Of a stretch of 64,000 bases of DNA, positions 12,769-25,362 are shown piece by piece; the stretch's first letter is position 1, and every line of letters starts with the position of its first letter. Source of the stretch: Octopus sinensis. Its lineage: Eukaryota. The position numbers and the translations under genes were made by a program. The stretch covers positions 3,844,001-3,908,000 of the forward strand of contig NC_043000.1 in NCBI RefSeq assembly GCF_006345805.1, given 5' to 3'. The notes below the pieces were generated by a model, which was not told the origin of the DNA, searched no databases, and saw nothing but the letters and a program-made list of their open reading frames with translations.

Positions 12769-13220
12769 TATATATATATATATGTATATGTATGTATGTA
12801 TATATGTATGTATATACATGCCTTTATACAAACATACACCTGTACATATCTACACATATACGTATGAATATGTATGTGTTTACACACACACACACACACA
12901 TTACATATTTATGTTAGTTTTTCTATGCTAGAATGGATTAGATGTATATATTGTGGTATTGCTTAACAGCCAGGGTCTCCTTCTGTCCCTAACACATGGC
13001 TGTGTTTCACACAAGAGCCCTCTTATTCTACATGTGTTCAAAAGTGAGAGTCAGTAGAAAGTTTCTTCACAGAGAGAATGGCTACACACCAGCTTATGAT
13101 TCAGTGATTTGAAAGAATGAGTAGAGATGACTTTTTCGAGGGAATAATTTTTATTTTAATCTTAATAATAGTGTTTACAGTGTATGTAAAGACACTTTAT
13201 TTCACGTTGCTCCAGTTCAC

Positions 13221-13430
13221 TCAGCTGTAGAAACGAGTTGCCACGTCACAGGTGATAAGCTGTATGGGACTTTGCCTTTCCCTTGGATGACACTGGTGGC
13301 ATGGAGAGGGGAAACTGGTATGCATGGGTGACTGCTGGTCTTCCATAAACAACCTTGCCCGGACTTGTGCTTGGGAGGGTAACGTTCTAGGTGCAATCCT
13401 ATGGTCAGTCATGACTGAAGGGGGCCTCAG
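13221..13430 (+). mobile_element. SINE family D 3' part
   Basis: Reverse complement of the body of 27185..27518. Confidence 0.75.
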
Positions 13431-14727
13431 CAGCGATATATATATACATGTATATATATAAAGAGAGAGAGAGTAATGAAAGTTTCCATCAACTAAATTC
13501 ACTTACAAAACTATTGTCAGCTCATGGCTCCAACAGATGCTTGCTCAAGGTGCCATACAGAGAGTTTGAACCAGAAATCACATAGTTGTGAAATGAACTT
13601 CTTAACTACACAGCCATGCACATATATCATTATCATCTTCATCTAATGTTCCTTTTCCATACTGGCACTGGTTGGATAGTTTGACAGGAGTTGATGAACC
13701 AGAGGACTCTGCTATATCCCAGGGTCAGTTTTGGCATGGTTTCTACAGCTGGGTACCCTTCCTAACATCAACCACTTTACAGAGTGTACTGGGTGCTTTT
13801 TATGTGGCATCACCACTAGTGAGGTCACCAGGTACTTGCATGACAAGAGCCCTCAACTTAGTGGGATATAATATTGAAGGATGTGAATGTAGGATAGAGA
13901 GATAGGAACTAATGCCTTGCTGAAGAAGTGAATACATGGCTTCCCTCGATGGAAAGAGAGAGAGAGAGAGAGGGGCAGAGAGATAATAAGGGTTCTATAT
14001 TTAAGAGATGAGGAATAAAAAAAATTTAAAATATACATACATAAATAGTCACATGTATATATACATTTATATATTTATGCATATATTTCTAGTTGTCTAA
14101 TTTATATATACTGTAATCTTGTGCACTTATATATGTGTACTGGCATATATTTTGTATGAATATGTGTAGATATTGTGTTTATTATGTGCATATGTGAATG
14201 CATATATTTGCATAAACCTGCATTTTTCCCCCTCAAACAGTATTACATATATATATATATATATATACACGCACACACATAGATATAAGTGTGTGTTTGT
14301 GTGCGGTTTTGAATATAACCAACTTTTATGTATTTGAATGCTTTCTGAAATAAACATACACTTCATTTTAATTGGCTCCAAGGAAGCTATAGGATGTTGT
14401 GTAAGTTCTCTGCTGTGAGTGCACAGTTTCTTTAAGCAAAAACAGCTGCAAGCTAATAAAAGGGATCATTCTGTTCTTTCGTCATTCATTAATTGATATA
14501 TATACATACACATACATGCAAGCACGGAAAAGTGACGATATATAAGAATATGCATTGTGTGTGTATAGGCACAGGCATAGCTGTGTGGTAAGCAGTTTGC
14601 TTCCTAACCACATGGTTCTGGGTTCAGTCCCATAGTGTGCACCTTGGGCAAGTGTCTTTTACTGTAGCCTCAGGCTGACCAAAAGCCTTGTGAGTGGATT
14701 TGGCTGGCAGAAATTGAAAGAAGCCTG

Positions 14728-14782
<55 letters not shown>

Positions 14783-15062
14783 GTACTGGAGTCAATTTAC
14801 TTGACTAAAAATTTTTCAAGTCAGTACCCCAGCATGGCCGCAGTCTAATGACTGAAACAAGTGACAGATAAAAGATATATATATATATTCCAGCATGACC
14901 AAGCCGTGTAGCTCAAATGAGTATATGTATATCTTCCTCTCTTCATTCTTCTTTTTTTCTCCGTTTTCTTTTTTCTCTGCTTCATCTCATTTCCCTTCTA
15001 CTATAATACCTTACAGCAAGAAGCTTATATATATATATAGATGTGCAAATTCTATTATTTCT

Positions 15063-15142
15063 TCAATCATAACTTATCTGAAGACCCTGTGCTTCCATGG
15101 GTGAAACTCAGAGTAGCAAGAGATTGATTCAACCGAAATAAA
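15063..15142 (+). ncRNA. Degenerate Penelope-type hammerhead ribozyme motif plus AATAAA
   Basis: CTGAAGA-ccc...ggg-T-GAAACTCAGAGTA, partial stem I (tcaatc/gattga), AATAAA at 15137; shares GTGAAACTCAGAGTA with the 23795 copy. Confidence 0.5.
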
Positions 15143-15186
15143 GTATTATTAACCTCTACTTATGCTATCAAGTACTCTGAAATATA

Positions 15187-16341
15187 CAGGGGTTGGACTA
15201 AATAATGGAAACACCTTAAAATTTCAGACAAATTTATTTTAATATTGGGTAGGACTGCCTTTGGCAATAATTACAGCTTGAATTCTATGAGGTATGGACT
15301 TGTAGAAAGTTTGAATTGTTTCCAAAGGAATTTTTGTTTTTCTAAAATGTACCATAAATGTTCAATAATATTGAAATCAGGGGACTATGGTGGCCAGATA
15401 AGATGTTCAACTTCACTAGAATGTTCCTCGTGCCATTCAGTAACAGCTTTAGTTGCGTGAATTGGTGCATTATGATCCTGAAAGATTGTGTTTCCCTCCA
15501 GAAACAGTTCTGCAACCATAGGATGAATTTGATCAGATAAAATGCTTAAATAGTCTTGACTATTAATTCTGCCATGAAGGAAAACCCCAGATCATCACAA
15601 ATCCTCCTCCATGTTTAACAGTTGGAAGAAGGCAGTCTGGGTCAAATGCTTGTTTTGGCGGTCTCCACGTGTATACTTGGCCAGTGGTTGGAAATAAGGT
15701 AAAGGATGACTCGTCCGAGAAAATGACCTTCCACTGCTCTAGGGACCAATTCTGTAGGTTTTTACTCTATTCTAAATGTCTTGCAGTGTTTGTTTTTGAA
15801 AGTAGTGGTTTTCTGATTGCAGCCCTACCATAAAATCCAGCTTTGTGCAGCTCCCGATGAACAATTTTTGTGGAAACTGGGTTCTCGAGGTGCTCATTAA
15901 GCTCTGCACTAATTTTGAGGGCAGTACTTTTGTGATCCTTTCTAACAATTTGCATAAGAGTCTGAGGGTCCCTATCTGAAAGTTTTGGTTTTCTTCTGGA
16001 GTTTTGTTTCGACAAGGAGGTTTTTTTCCTCTTTCTCAAAGGCTGTCATTAATTTCAAGACAATATTTCTTGATAGACCAAATATTTCAGCCGTTTTTGT
16101 TACGCTAGTGCCTGCCATACGAGCACCAACAATTTGACCTCTTTGAAAGTTCGATAGATCTGTCATTTTAATGAATTTTATTTACCTTTTTGAGATGATA
16201 TCTGAAAAGAAACAGCAATTTTAGCAAAATATATTAAGCAACACTAATAATAAATAAGAAAACAAAAATAAACAAGCTTTTGATGGTTTTATAGATATTT
16301 CAAAATTATGATGCTAGGTGTTTCCATTATTTTTCCAACCC

Positions 16342-16344
<3 letters not shown>
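15187..16344 (-). mobile_element. Tc1/mariner DD36E (Incomer-like) transposon, defective
   Basis: ~30-bp TIRs CAGGGGTTGGA...GGAAACACCT flanked by TA; transposase pieces MTDLSNFQRGQIVGAR, VIFSDESSF, FQD(H)NAPIH...WPP*SPDFNIIE; frameshift, stop and two deletions. Confidence 0.92.
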
Positions 16345-16388
<44 letters not shown>

Positions 16389-16610
16389 TGTGTAGTTGGG
16401 TCTATCTATCTATATATATATCATATAGATACGTATGCATATTTATACATATCATATAGATAAGCACATATATATGTATATATATACATATATGTGGGTG
16501 GGTATATATATATCTTATAGATATATACTTTTATCATATAGATTTATATGTATCTATATACATAATATAGATATATACATATACATACCTGTGTGTGTGT
16601 GTTTACAGAG

Positions 16611-16670
16611 CAGTACATTATGTGTACTGATCTGTAAAGAAAATTCAACATAAATACACATAATGTACTG
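16611..16670. repeat. 16-bp perfect inverted repeat, 28-bp spacer
   Basis: cagtacattatgtgta / tacacataatgtactg. Confidence 0.8.
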
Positions 16671-16706
16671 AAAATTGAACAAAAAAAGTAGTCCATCTGG
16701 TGAGAG

Positions 16707-16860
16707 ATATACATTATTTATTTAAGGTCACAATAGTTTCACATGTTGAGAGAACTCAAACATATTTATGCCTAAAGAATACGCTTGAGTTCTCTCAACA
16801 TATAAAACTATTAGTAGCGTTTTAATACATGTATTATGACCTTAAATAAATAATATATAT
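16707..16860. repeat. Imperfect fold-back element
   Basis: Outer arms attatttatttaaggtca/tgaccttaaataaataat and inner arms atgttgagagaactcaa/ttgagttctctcaacat. Confidence 0.75.
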
Positions 16861-16862
16861 AT

Positions 16863-17073
16863 ATTAAAATTATAAATTAGGGTATCTACGAGATACCACT
16901 GTGCTGAAAATAGCATCTATGATCTGACTCTAAACCCACCTTAATTGTCCGATCTGACTCTATAACCACCTTAATTGTCCACACTGGACAATTAAGGTGG
17001 TTTTAGAGTCAGATCATGGCTGCTATTTTCAGCATGGTGGTATCTCGTAGATACCCTAATTTATGATTTTAAT
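16863..17073. mobile_element. Palindromic MITE with a 30-bp internal duplication
   Basis: ~88-bp arms around ACACT (16981-16985); tandem 16921-16950/16951-16980; one arm recurs at ~62868-62945. Confidence 0.85.
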
Positions 17074-17156
17074 AATTATTACCTTTGAAGGTTATTTTTT
17101 CCATGCTGACCACTTGATAAAATCGTTTTATTTTTAAATTAATGATCTTATCCTTA

Positions 17157-17195
<39 letters not shown>

Positions 17196-17204
17196 TATAT
17201 ATAA

Positions 17205-17235
<31 letters not shown>

Positions 17236-17606
17236 GTCATAAATGACAGAAATAGTTTCCTGGAATTTCTGTCATATTGTTAAATAAAATTTCTTTATTG
17301 TTTATGGCTTTGTACTCTCCTTATCATTTTCTCTTGTATTGTACTATATATGCTATATGTTTTGTAGAATGATACATTAAGGAGCTTTTTTTTATGAGTT
17401 CTACTGGATTACTTGGATACATATATTGCGACTTAAATCAGTATATATATAGGTGTAGATGTAGCTTTTTGGTAAGAAGCTTGCTTCCCAACCACATGGT
17501 TCCAGGTTCAGTCCCACTCTGTGACACCTTGGCCAAGTGTCTCGACTTTGGCCTTGGTCTGACCAAAGCCTTGTGAGTGGATTTGGAATATTAAAGAAGC
17601 CTATTA

Positions 17607-17915
17607 TCTCTATATATATAAACGGCAAAATATCTGTGTGTGTGTCCTTTATACAAATCCACAATGTTTCAGTTAGAGGGCTCGTACTTTCTATGGTCAT
17701 TCAAAACCATCCAAAGGTGGTCGTGCACATCTTTACATTTCCCCAGTCATCCCACAAAGCCGTTAAAAAATCAATAGAAGTGACTTTTTTGTGAATTTTC
17801 TATCCAAAACCCAATCAAAATGCCCGAAACTTGATACGCCAATTGAATGCCAGCTAGCTGTATGTGATTGGTCAGAGATTTGGACAGTACTCGCGTTGCT
17901 GGGTCATAGTGCTAG
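17607..17915 (+). mobile_element. Non-autonomous Helitron-like element
   Basis: A|TC...CTAG|T termini, no TSD, inserted in a family B SINE; second copy at 38936..39582. Confidence 0.7.
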
Positions 17916-17947
<32 letters not shown>

Positions 17948-18824
17948 AATATAAACAAGAAGGGTAGTAATATTATTTACTACCAGGTGCCCAGCACAAA
18001 AGACGAATTAGTCATAAGATAAAAATATTATTCATATAGAAAAATATTATTCATGTAGTTATAGAATTAAGGGCTCCTAAATTAAGATGCCGAGTGCTGG
18101 GAACACAAAAAGGGGATGAATTTATCGAGAGTGAAAATCAAAAACGTTTACCGATAACTTTAACAACTCGTACCGCGGTTTCTGCTTCTTTCTAGCAAAA
18201 CACAGAATATGTTTGCTAAGGCCAGCTTCATCAGCGAGTCGCCTAAATTTAATCGAGGTCTGCAGCGATGTGGGACTATGTGTTGAACCCGACTACTAGC
18301 AGATCTTAACTTTTCAAATCTCTGCGCAGACGCAAAATTTACACGGCAGTATAGGGCATGCCGGGAAGAATTTTACGAATAAATCCATCATGTAGTAATA
18401 TATATATATTTATGTTTGTGTTTGTCCCTCCAACATTACGTCCCTGTAATTTAGTGGTTTGGCCAAAGAGACCAATAGAATAAGCACCAGGCTAATGAAG
18501 AATAAGTCCAGGGGTTGATTTCTTCGACTAAAAGGCAGTGCTCCAACATGGCCACAGTCACATGATGGAAACAAGTAAAAGAATATGTGTATGTACTTAT
18601 GTGTGTGTGTGTGTGTATGTGTCTATTTGTTCCCCCGCTGTTGCTTGACAACCACCGCTGGTGTATCTCCCATAACTGAGTGGTTTGGCAAAAGAGACTG
18701 ATGGAATGAGTACTAGGCTTACAAAGAATAATCCCTGGGGTCAATTTCTTTGACTAAAACCCTTTAAGGCAGTACTCCAGCATGGTCGCAGTCAAATGAC
18801 TGAAATAAGTAAAAGAATAAAAGA

Positions 18825-18855
<31 letters not shown>

Positions 18856-19878
18856 CACACACGCTGTATACATATATGTGTATAAAATATATTCGTGATG
18901 AGTTTTTCAGGGTTTATCACGCAAACATCTTTTAGAAATGATGTCACTTAATCTAGCATGTTGCCAACTGTTTTCCGTTGCCTGCACCTGGCCCACAACT
19001 GGTTTTACCATATCACTGCAAACTAAAGACGACTATGGACTACTCTCTACCTAACTTGTCATTTTGCCTGTAATTGTAAGCAGTTTTTTTCTACATTGTG
19101 CCTATTTATTAGTAGATTAGTTTAGTTAAAGTAGTGAACTATACTTCACTCTGGGACCTATTTATTGATAGACAGACTGAGCTTAAAGAGTTTACAGACT
19201 TTGCCAAGGATATAACACAGTGCCAGTTATGGGACATGTACTGTCAACTGTTTGGATAGTCAGCCAACATCTTATCAACTCGGCTAACTATGAGTCTTGG
19301 AGAATTTGTGCCAAATCGGAAATATGCCAAATATTTAATTTTCATGTCTCACCACGCCTCTTACAGGCTGTTTATTGACTAAGGTCTAGTTTAGCGGTTA
19401 GCTATACCATTCTTTCAAAATAATTCTTAAGTTTTATATAATTATACTAAACTTGTACTTTTTTTCATTTGTGTTTATCTTCATAGACACCTCTCTTTCT
19501 CGTTTCTATAATTTATCTCTGTTCAGTAGCTACAGACCACCATGGGTATAGGAAATGTGATTTTTTGCTAATTCTGAAATACATGAAACAGGTCTTAATG
19601 CTAAATTGCATAAAACACACACATTTCTATTGTGCATTATTAATACTTCCTGCTTATGTAAGTGGTTCATATCTAAATCACTTTCACTTAAGTGGCCTCT
19701 GTGTGTGTGTGCTTATCTCTCTCTTGCTTTCTCTCTGTGTGTGTATATATATATATATATTTATTCATTTATTTATTCATTTATTTATTCATTTATTTAT
19801 TTACACACACACTATCTATATTTGTATCTCCTTACTTTGACATCATGTGATAGTTGTAAATAAGTGTCACACACATAC

Positions 19879-19933
<55 letters not shown>

Positions 19934-21144
19934 TATAATATATATCGCCTTACTGGCACTTGTGCTGGTGGCACGTGAAAAAAACATTCGAACGAGGTCA
20001 TTGCCAGTGCCGCTGGATTGGCTCCTTTGCTGGTGGCACATAAAAAGCACCAATTGAGCATGGCCATTGCCAGTACCGCCTGACTGGCCCTCATGCCGGT
20101 GGCATGTAAAAACACCCACTACACTCTCGGAGTGGTTGGCGTTAGGAAGGGCATCCAGCTGTAGAAACTCTGCCAGATCAGATTGGAGCCTGGTGCAGCC
20201 ATCTGGTTCGCCAGACCTCAGTCAAATCGTCCAACCCATGCTAGCATGGAAAGCGGATGTTAAACGATGATGATGATGATCTGTGTATCTATCTATATGT
20301 TTGTACCCATTTGCCGTAACATCAAGTGATAGTTGTAAATTAGTATCTCTGTCATATAAGCATTGTCATGTCATTCATTTCTGATATTCTGTGGAAATGT
20401 GTGCCTATAGGGAATTATCACCTTACTTGGAAACAAGAAAGGCATCTGGCTGTAGACAATTTGCATCCATAGACTCTGTCACACCCATTTCAAGTATGGA
20501 AAAGTGAATGTTGAAATCATAATGATATAGATACATCAGATTTTATGCACTTATAACAGAAGGGTGTATTGAGAAATTTTGTTGTTTCTGAATCACAAAT
20601 TAAAATTAAGTGGTATTTATGTATGGTATCATTGTCTTGTGGTTGATGCTGGACTAAAAGTAAAACCTGTGAAGGAGAAAAAGTACTTTTTACAGAGAAG
20701 CTAATTGCCATTTGTATGTGTAGAGGATACAGGCTCCACCATTGCCAAGTACCTATGGCCTCCTTTAGCTATAGATCTGAGATTTGTGTATGTATGTGTG
20801 CATACATCTGTGGAAGTGTGTGTGTGCGTATGTGTTTGGGTATAGGATGGCTAAGTGATTAAGAAGTTTGCTTTGCAACCATGAGGACCAGGTTCAGTCC
20901 TACTGTGTGGTAGCTTGGGTAATCATGAAATTGTTTGGAAGCTTGTGGGATGTACTGTACCTGTAATTCTAACAGGCAGCTTTGTCTTGTATTGAGCCTG
21001 CCTGAGGATTGAGCTTAAGGTTATTAGTGACTGTGAAATACTCAGCCACTTATTCTATAATTTACTGAGTATGCAGTTTAGTTCGTTGAGCAGTTGGAAT
21101 ATTCATTAACGAAATCATGGAAAATCTCTTACTTTTGTTTTATA

Positions 21145-21360
21145 TGAGGTGGCGCTGAAAAGTTCCTGGCTTTAAGGGTTTTGCGAAAAGCCTGGTTGTA
21201 GGCCCAATGTTCCAAGTTCTTTTACAGAGCTTAAAAAAACTGAAGGACCACTGCAATGTGTGTGAGTCTGAGAGGAGAATATGTTGGATGAAATCATAAT
21301 TAACTGATCCTCCTGTATTTTCTTTTACCCAAGGTCAGGAGTTTTTCTGCACCCTCCTCA
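21145..21360. mobile_element. mariner-type MITE
   Basis: TIRs tgaggtggcgctgaaaagttcctggc / gtcaggagtttttctgcaccctcctca, left TA flank. Confidence 0.7.
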
Positions 21361-22105
21361 TGTGGCTCTGTGCATCCATTCACAAATGCAGCCACATGTG
21401 TTTGGACATGTGCATATATTTATTGACATTTTTTTTTATAAGTGTCAGAAAATTTCCTATGAAGATGAAACTTATTTTTAACAAAGGAATGAGAGCTGCT
21501 TCCTTACTATAATTTAGATAACAACAATGATAAAGCTGTACTTGTTGGTCTTAGAAAAGTTTTGTATGTCTTTACTGTTATTTTTTTTCTTGTTTTTTCT
21601 TGTTTTTTTTGTTTTTTTTTTACAGAAGCCATTACAGATTGTGTTTAAAAAGTACTTTGGTTGAAGATCTCAGGTTTTTGCAATTCTCACTTAGACATTT
21701 ACTAAAATAGCCAAATGCATAAAACAAAAAAAGTTGCAATTGTAGATTTACAATCTAGGTAGAGAAATTATAGGTTTTGAAGCAGTTGTCTGAAATGTTC
21801 TTTTTCTCACAAATCATGAAAGAGATATTAACAGCTGGCCTCTCTAATTGTATAATGCTTCTTTTTTCTCCCGAACAACCATACCAGCTCCGTTATGTTT
21901 GTCTTTGGCAGAAGCTTTGTCGATAAAGCGCCACCAATATTCCTTGTGTTGATGTTTATGCGTGTACTCATTTGCAGAAATGTGTGTTTTTTGCGTTCTT
22001 TTAGTCATCACATTTAAAGCCATGCTGGAATGTTCTATATCTTTTCGCTCTTCTCTGTTTTATGTCCAGGGGCCAAAAAATATCTGTTTAGTTTTTTCAG
22101 TGTAT

Positions 22106-22496
22106 ACTCTTTACTCTTTTACATGTTTCAGTCATTTGACTGTGGCCATGCTGCAGCACTGCCTTTAGTCACGCAAATCGACTCCAGGACTTATTCTTTG
22201 TAAGCTTAGTACTTATTCTATCGGGCTCTTTTGCCGAACCGCTAAGTTACGGGGATGTAAACACACCAGCATCGGTTGTCAAGCGATGTTGGGGGGATAA
22301 ACACAGACACACAAACACACACATACATATATATGACGGGCTTCTTTCAGTTTCCATCTACCAAATCCACTCACAAGGCTTTGGTCAGCCCAAAGCTATA
22401 ACAGAAGACACTTGCCCAAGGTGCCACACAGTGGGACTGAACCCGGAACCATGTGGTTCATAAGCAAGCTACTTACCACACACCCACTCCTATGCC
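22106..22496 (-). mobile_element. SINE family B, full length
   Basis: tRNA-like head (ggttccgggttcagtccca), internal microsatellite, (gagtaaaa) tail. Confidence 0.9.
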
Positions 22497-22609
22497 TGTA
22501 TGCTGCATCTCTTGTTGGAACAGCAAATGGTTGGTGGTGCTCTGTTTTGGTTGTATCTTTTGCAGATGGCTGATTTGGTAGTCTAAAGAGAACTGCATCT
22601 GAATAGCAT

Positions 22610-23066
22610 TTAACCCTTCAACATTCAGTTTATTCTATCAAACGTAAAGCTTATTTATTAACATTGTCTTGAATTAATCATGCATTATCTTTTACCTTCA
22701 AGATTTTGATGTCATCATCATCATCATCATTTAATGTCCCGTTGTCCATGTTGACATGGGTTGGACAATGTGACCAGGACTGGTAAGCTGAGGGGCTGCA
22801 CCAGACTCCAGTCTGATTTGCCATGGTTTCTATGGCTGGATGCCCTTGCAAACACCAACCACTCTGAGAATGTAATGGGTGCTTTTTACATGCCACTGGC
22901 ATGGGTGCCAGTTGTGTGACACCAGTATCTGCTGTGACTATGATTTCACTTGACTTGTAAGTATTTATTATTAAAAGGACATTGCTGGATAGGCATGAGA
23001 GGCCAGATCTAGCCAGTTTGAACATAAAACAGGTAGAATATGGCCAGTTTAAATCCTAAAGAGCTA
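22610..23066 (-). mobile_element. TTAA-type MITE (family of 32046) interrupted by family C
   Basis: Starts TTAACCCTT; reverse complement of 32046..32266; family C retroposon inside at ~22715-22960. Confidence 0.65.
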
Positions 23067-23734
23067 AAAGAATTTTTAGTGAAGCCTTGTTGGTTCATTG
23101 GGGTCAGTTGAATAAGTGCAGACCTTTAAATGCCAAACTGTTGTTGCATGGACTCCTGATGTGAATGTTTGAAGAGAGAGGGTAGGGATCTATCAGCATC
23201 TCCTATTCCTTTTGTCATCACTTGAGATTTTTGCACATGTCTCTGACAGTGTCATTTCTGTCTGAATGTCAAAAATTAAAGGTGTTTATTCTGGGAACAT
23301 TTCCAGTTGCTAAGGTCTCCGAGTATATCTGTTGAATGCTTTTTGTAATCTCTGCAGTTTGTAGGTAAGGCCTGGACTACCAGGAGACCATAGTTGTGAG
23401 CAGTTGTCCAACTGGCTTCAAAGATAGGATTTTTAATACCAACAACCATGACCTTGATAGGTTGTTGACATTCTATGAATATGTTTAAAGAAACAGGCAT
23501 ATACATACACACACATAAAAAAAAGCACAGTAAAGTGTAACACAACCAAATTCACGGTCAGTTGTGGGTTCCTCACTTCACTCCAGGACAACCTTAGGAT
23601 AGGCTAGTGTACAGAATACAAGCTAAGTAATAATATGAAGAGAAAGCAGGTATCTTATTCAAAGTTTTACAGGACATATGTGTATGTATATCCTATAAAG
23701 CTTTGAACACCATACCTGTTTTCTTCTTATCTTT

Positions 23735-23774
<40 letters not shown>

Positions 23775-23794
23775 CCGGAGTAAACACATTCTAG

Positions 23795-23870
23795 CAAAAA
23801 CTGTCCGACGAACGTGAACGTGAAACTCAGAGTAACAGGTTTTGTTGAATTTTACGCTGCTTTAAATAAA
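23795..23870 (+). ncRNA. Penelope-type minimal type I hammerhead ribozyme plus AATAAA
   Basis: Stem I caaaaactgt/acaggttttg, core CCGACGA (U4C), stem II acg-tgaa-cgt, GAAA, palindromic stem III ACTCAGAGT, GUA triplet, AATAAA at 23865. Confidence 0.65.
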
Positions 23871-24060
23871 GTATATATATCATCATCATCATCATCGTTT
23901 AGCGTCCGCTTTCCATGCTAGCATGGGTTGGACGGGTCAACTGGGGTCTGTGAAGCTGGAAGGCTTCGTCAGGCCCAGTCAGATCTGGCAGTGTTTCTAC
24001 GGCTGGATGCCCTTCCTAACGCCAACCACTCCGCGAGTGTAGTGGGTGTTTTTTACGTGC

Positions 24061-24104
<44 letters not shown>

Positions 24105-24859
24105 CACACACATACATGCATATACACACACACACACATGCATATACACACACACAAAAGATAAGAAGAAAACAGGTATGGTGTTCAAAGCTTTATAGGA
24201 TATACATACACATATATATATGTATATGTATGGGTGGGTGTGTGCATAAATATGTATATATATATATGCAAATATGTATAAATTAGTATGTGTACATATG
24301 TTTCACTGTACCTGATTACCTCTGTGTGTGTGTGTGTGTTTTTCTTTCTGATTGGAAATTTAAAGTTTATTTTGACAAGTCATTCATTTTGTGGTAAGGT
24401 TGTAAAAATATATGCATATAAAAAGAATTCTTTTTATTATCTTCCAACTTTTAAGCTTTTAGATCTTACAGATTATTATTGTCCCAGATATCACAGTCGT
24501 TTGAAGCATATGCATTATAGAGATTTTTTATTGTGTGATAAGAAGTTTACATTCCAACCTCATGGTTTCAGGTTTAATCTCACTGTGTGGCACCTTGAAC
24601 AAGTGTCTTATTATAGACCTGGGCTGACCAAATCCTTGTGAGTAGATTTGGCATTTGGAAACTGAAAGAGACCCACCATGAGTATGTATGTATGTATGTA
24701 TGTATGTATATATGTATGTGATTGTGCGTGTGTGTGTGTGCTTATGTATGTATGTATGTACGTATTTATTTGATGATTGCTGTCTACTTGTGACTGAGGA
24801 AGACCATCCCTGACCACTGCCCATGCAAAATGCCAGCAATACCCATGCATGAGGTCATT

Positions 24860-25330
24860 GAACCAGCAGTTAGGTTCACCTGGGCTTGCATCTGTGATTT
24901 CCATTCTCACTGTGGCACCCTCCTGCTTGACTGGTTATCTGATAGTTTCCTTGCCGATGACTGCACACCTAAAATTTCAGGTCCAATACGGCTTGCACAG
25001 TACCCCACAAACACTCTCCTGGATTCCATCAACATGATCGAGAGACAAGCCAGGGCATGATATCCAGTGCAAGTATGGGTTGCAGGCTCAGGAATGTGGG
25101 CATACCATGATCTCAAGTGCAAGCAACACATTCCCAAAATGTTCAATGCCATTCCCTGCATATCTGGTTTTATATCAGAGTGACCTTCTAGAGACATGCT
25201 TTAACAAGAGCTAAGAGATGCCACACCTTCAGTGCTCTTCCAGCTTGCCAGACACCAACCAAGAACTTCTAAGGGCCTGTGCTACTGCTAGATAGTCATA
25301 GAACCTACATTAGTTTCATCCATCCTTTTG
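24860..25330 (+). mobile_element. Old RTE-like LINE RT remnant
   Basis: FLADDCT (resembles the LLFADDCAL RT motif) in ORF 24830..25060; heavily decayed. Confidence 0.5.
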
Positions 25331-25362
25331 ACAGGTCTTGTTATTAGTCCTGCTGGCTTTCT

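Noticed and set aside
21560-21760. Strong polypyrimidine tract and AG acceptor at ~21624
   Set aside because: All frames hit stops quickly and there is no clear donor; it could be a UTR exon but is unsupported.
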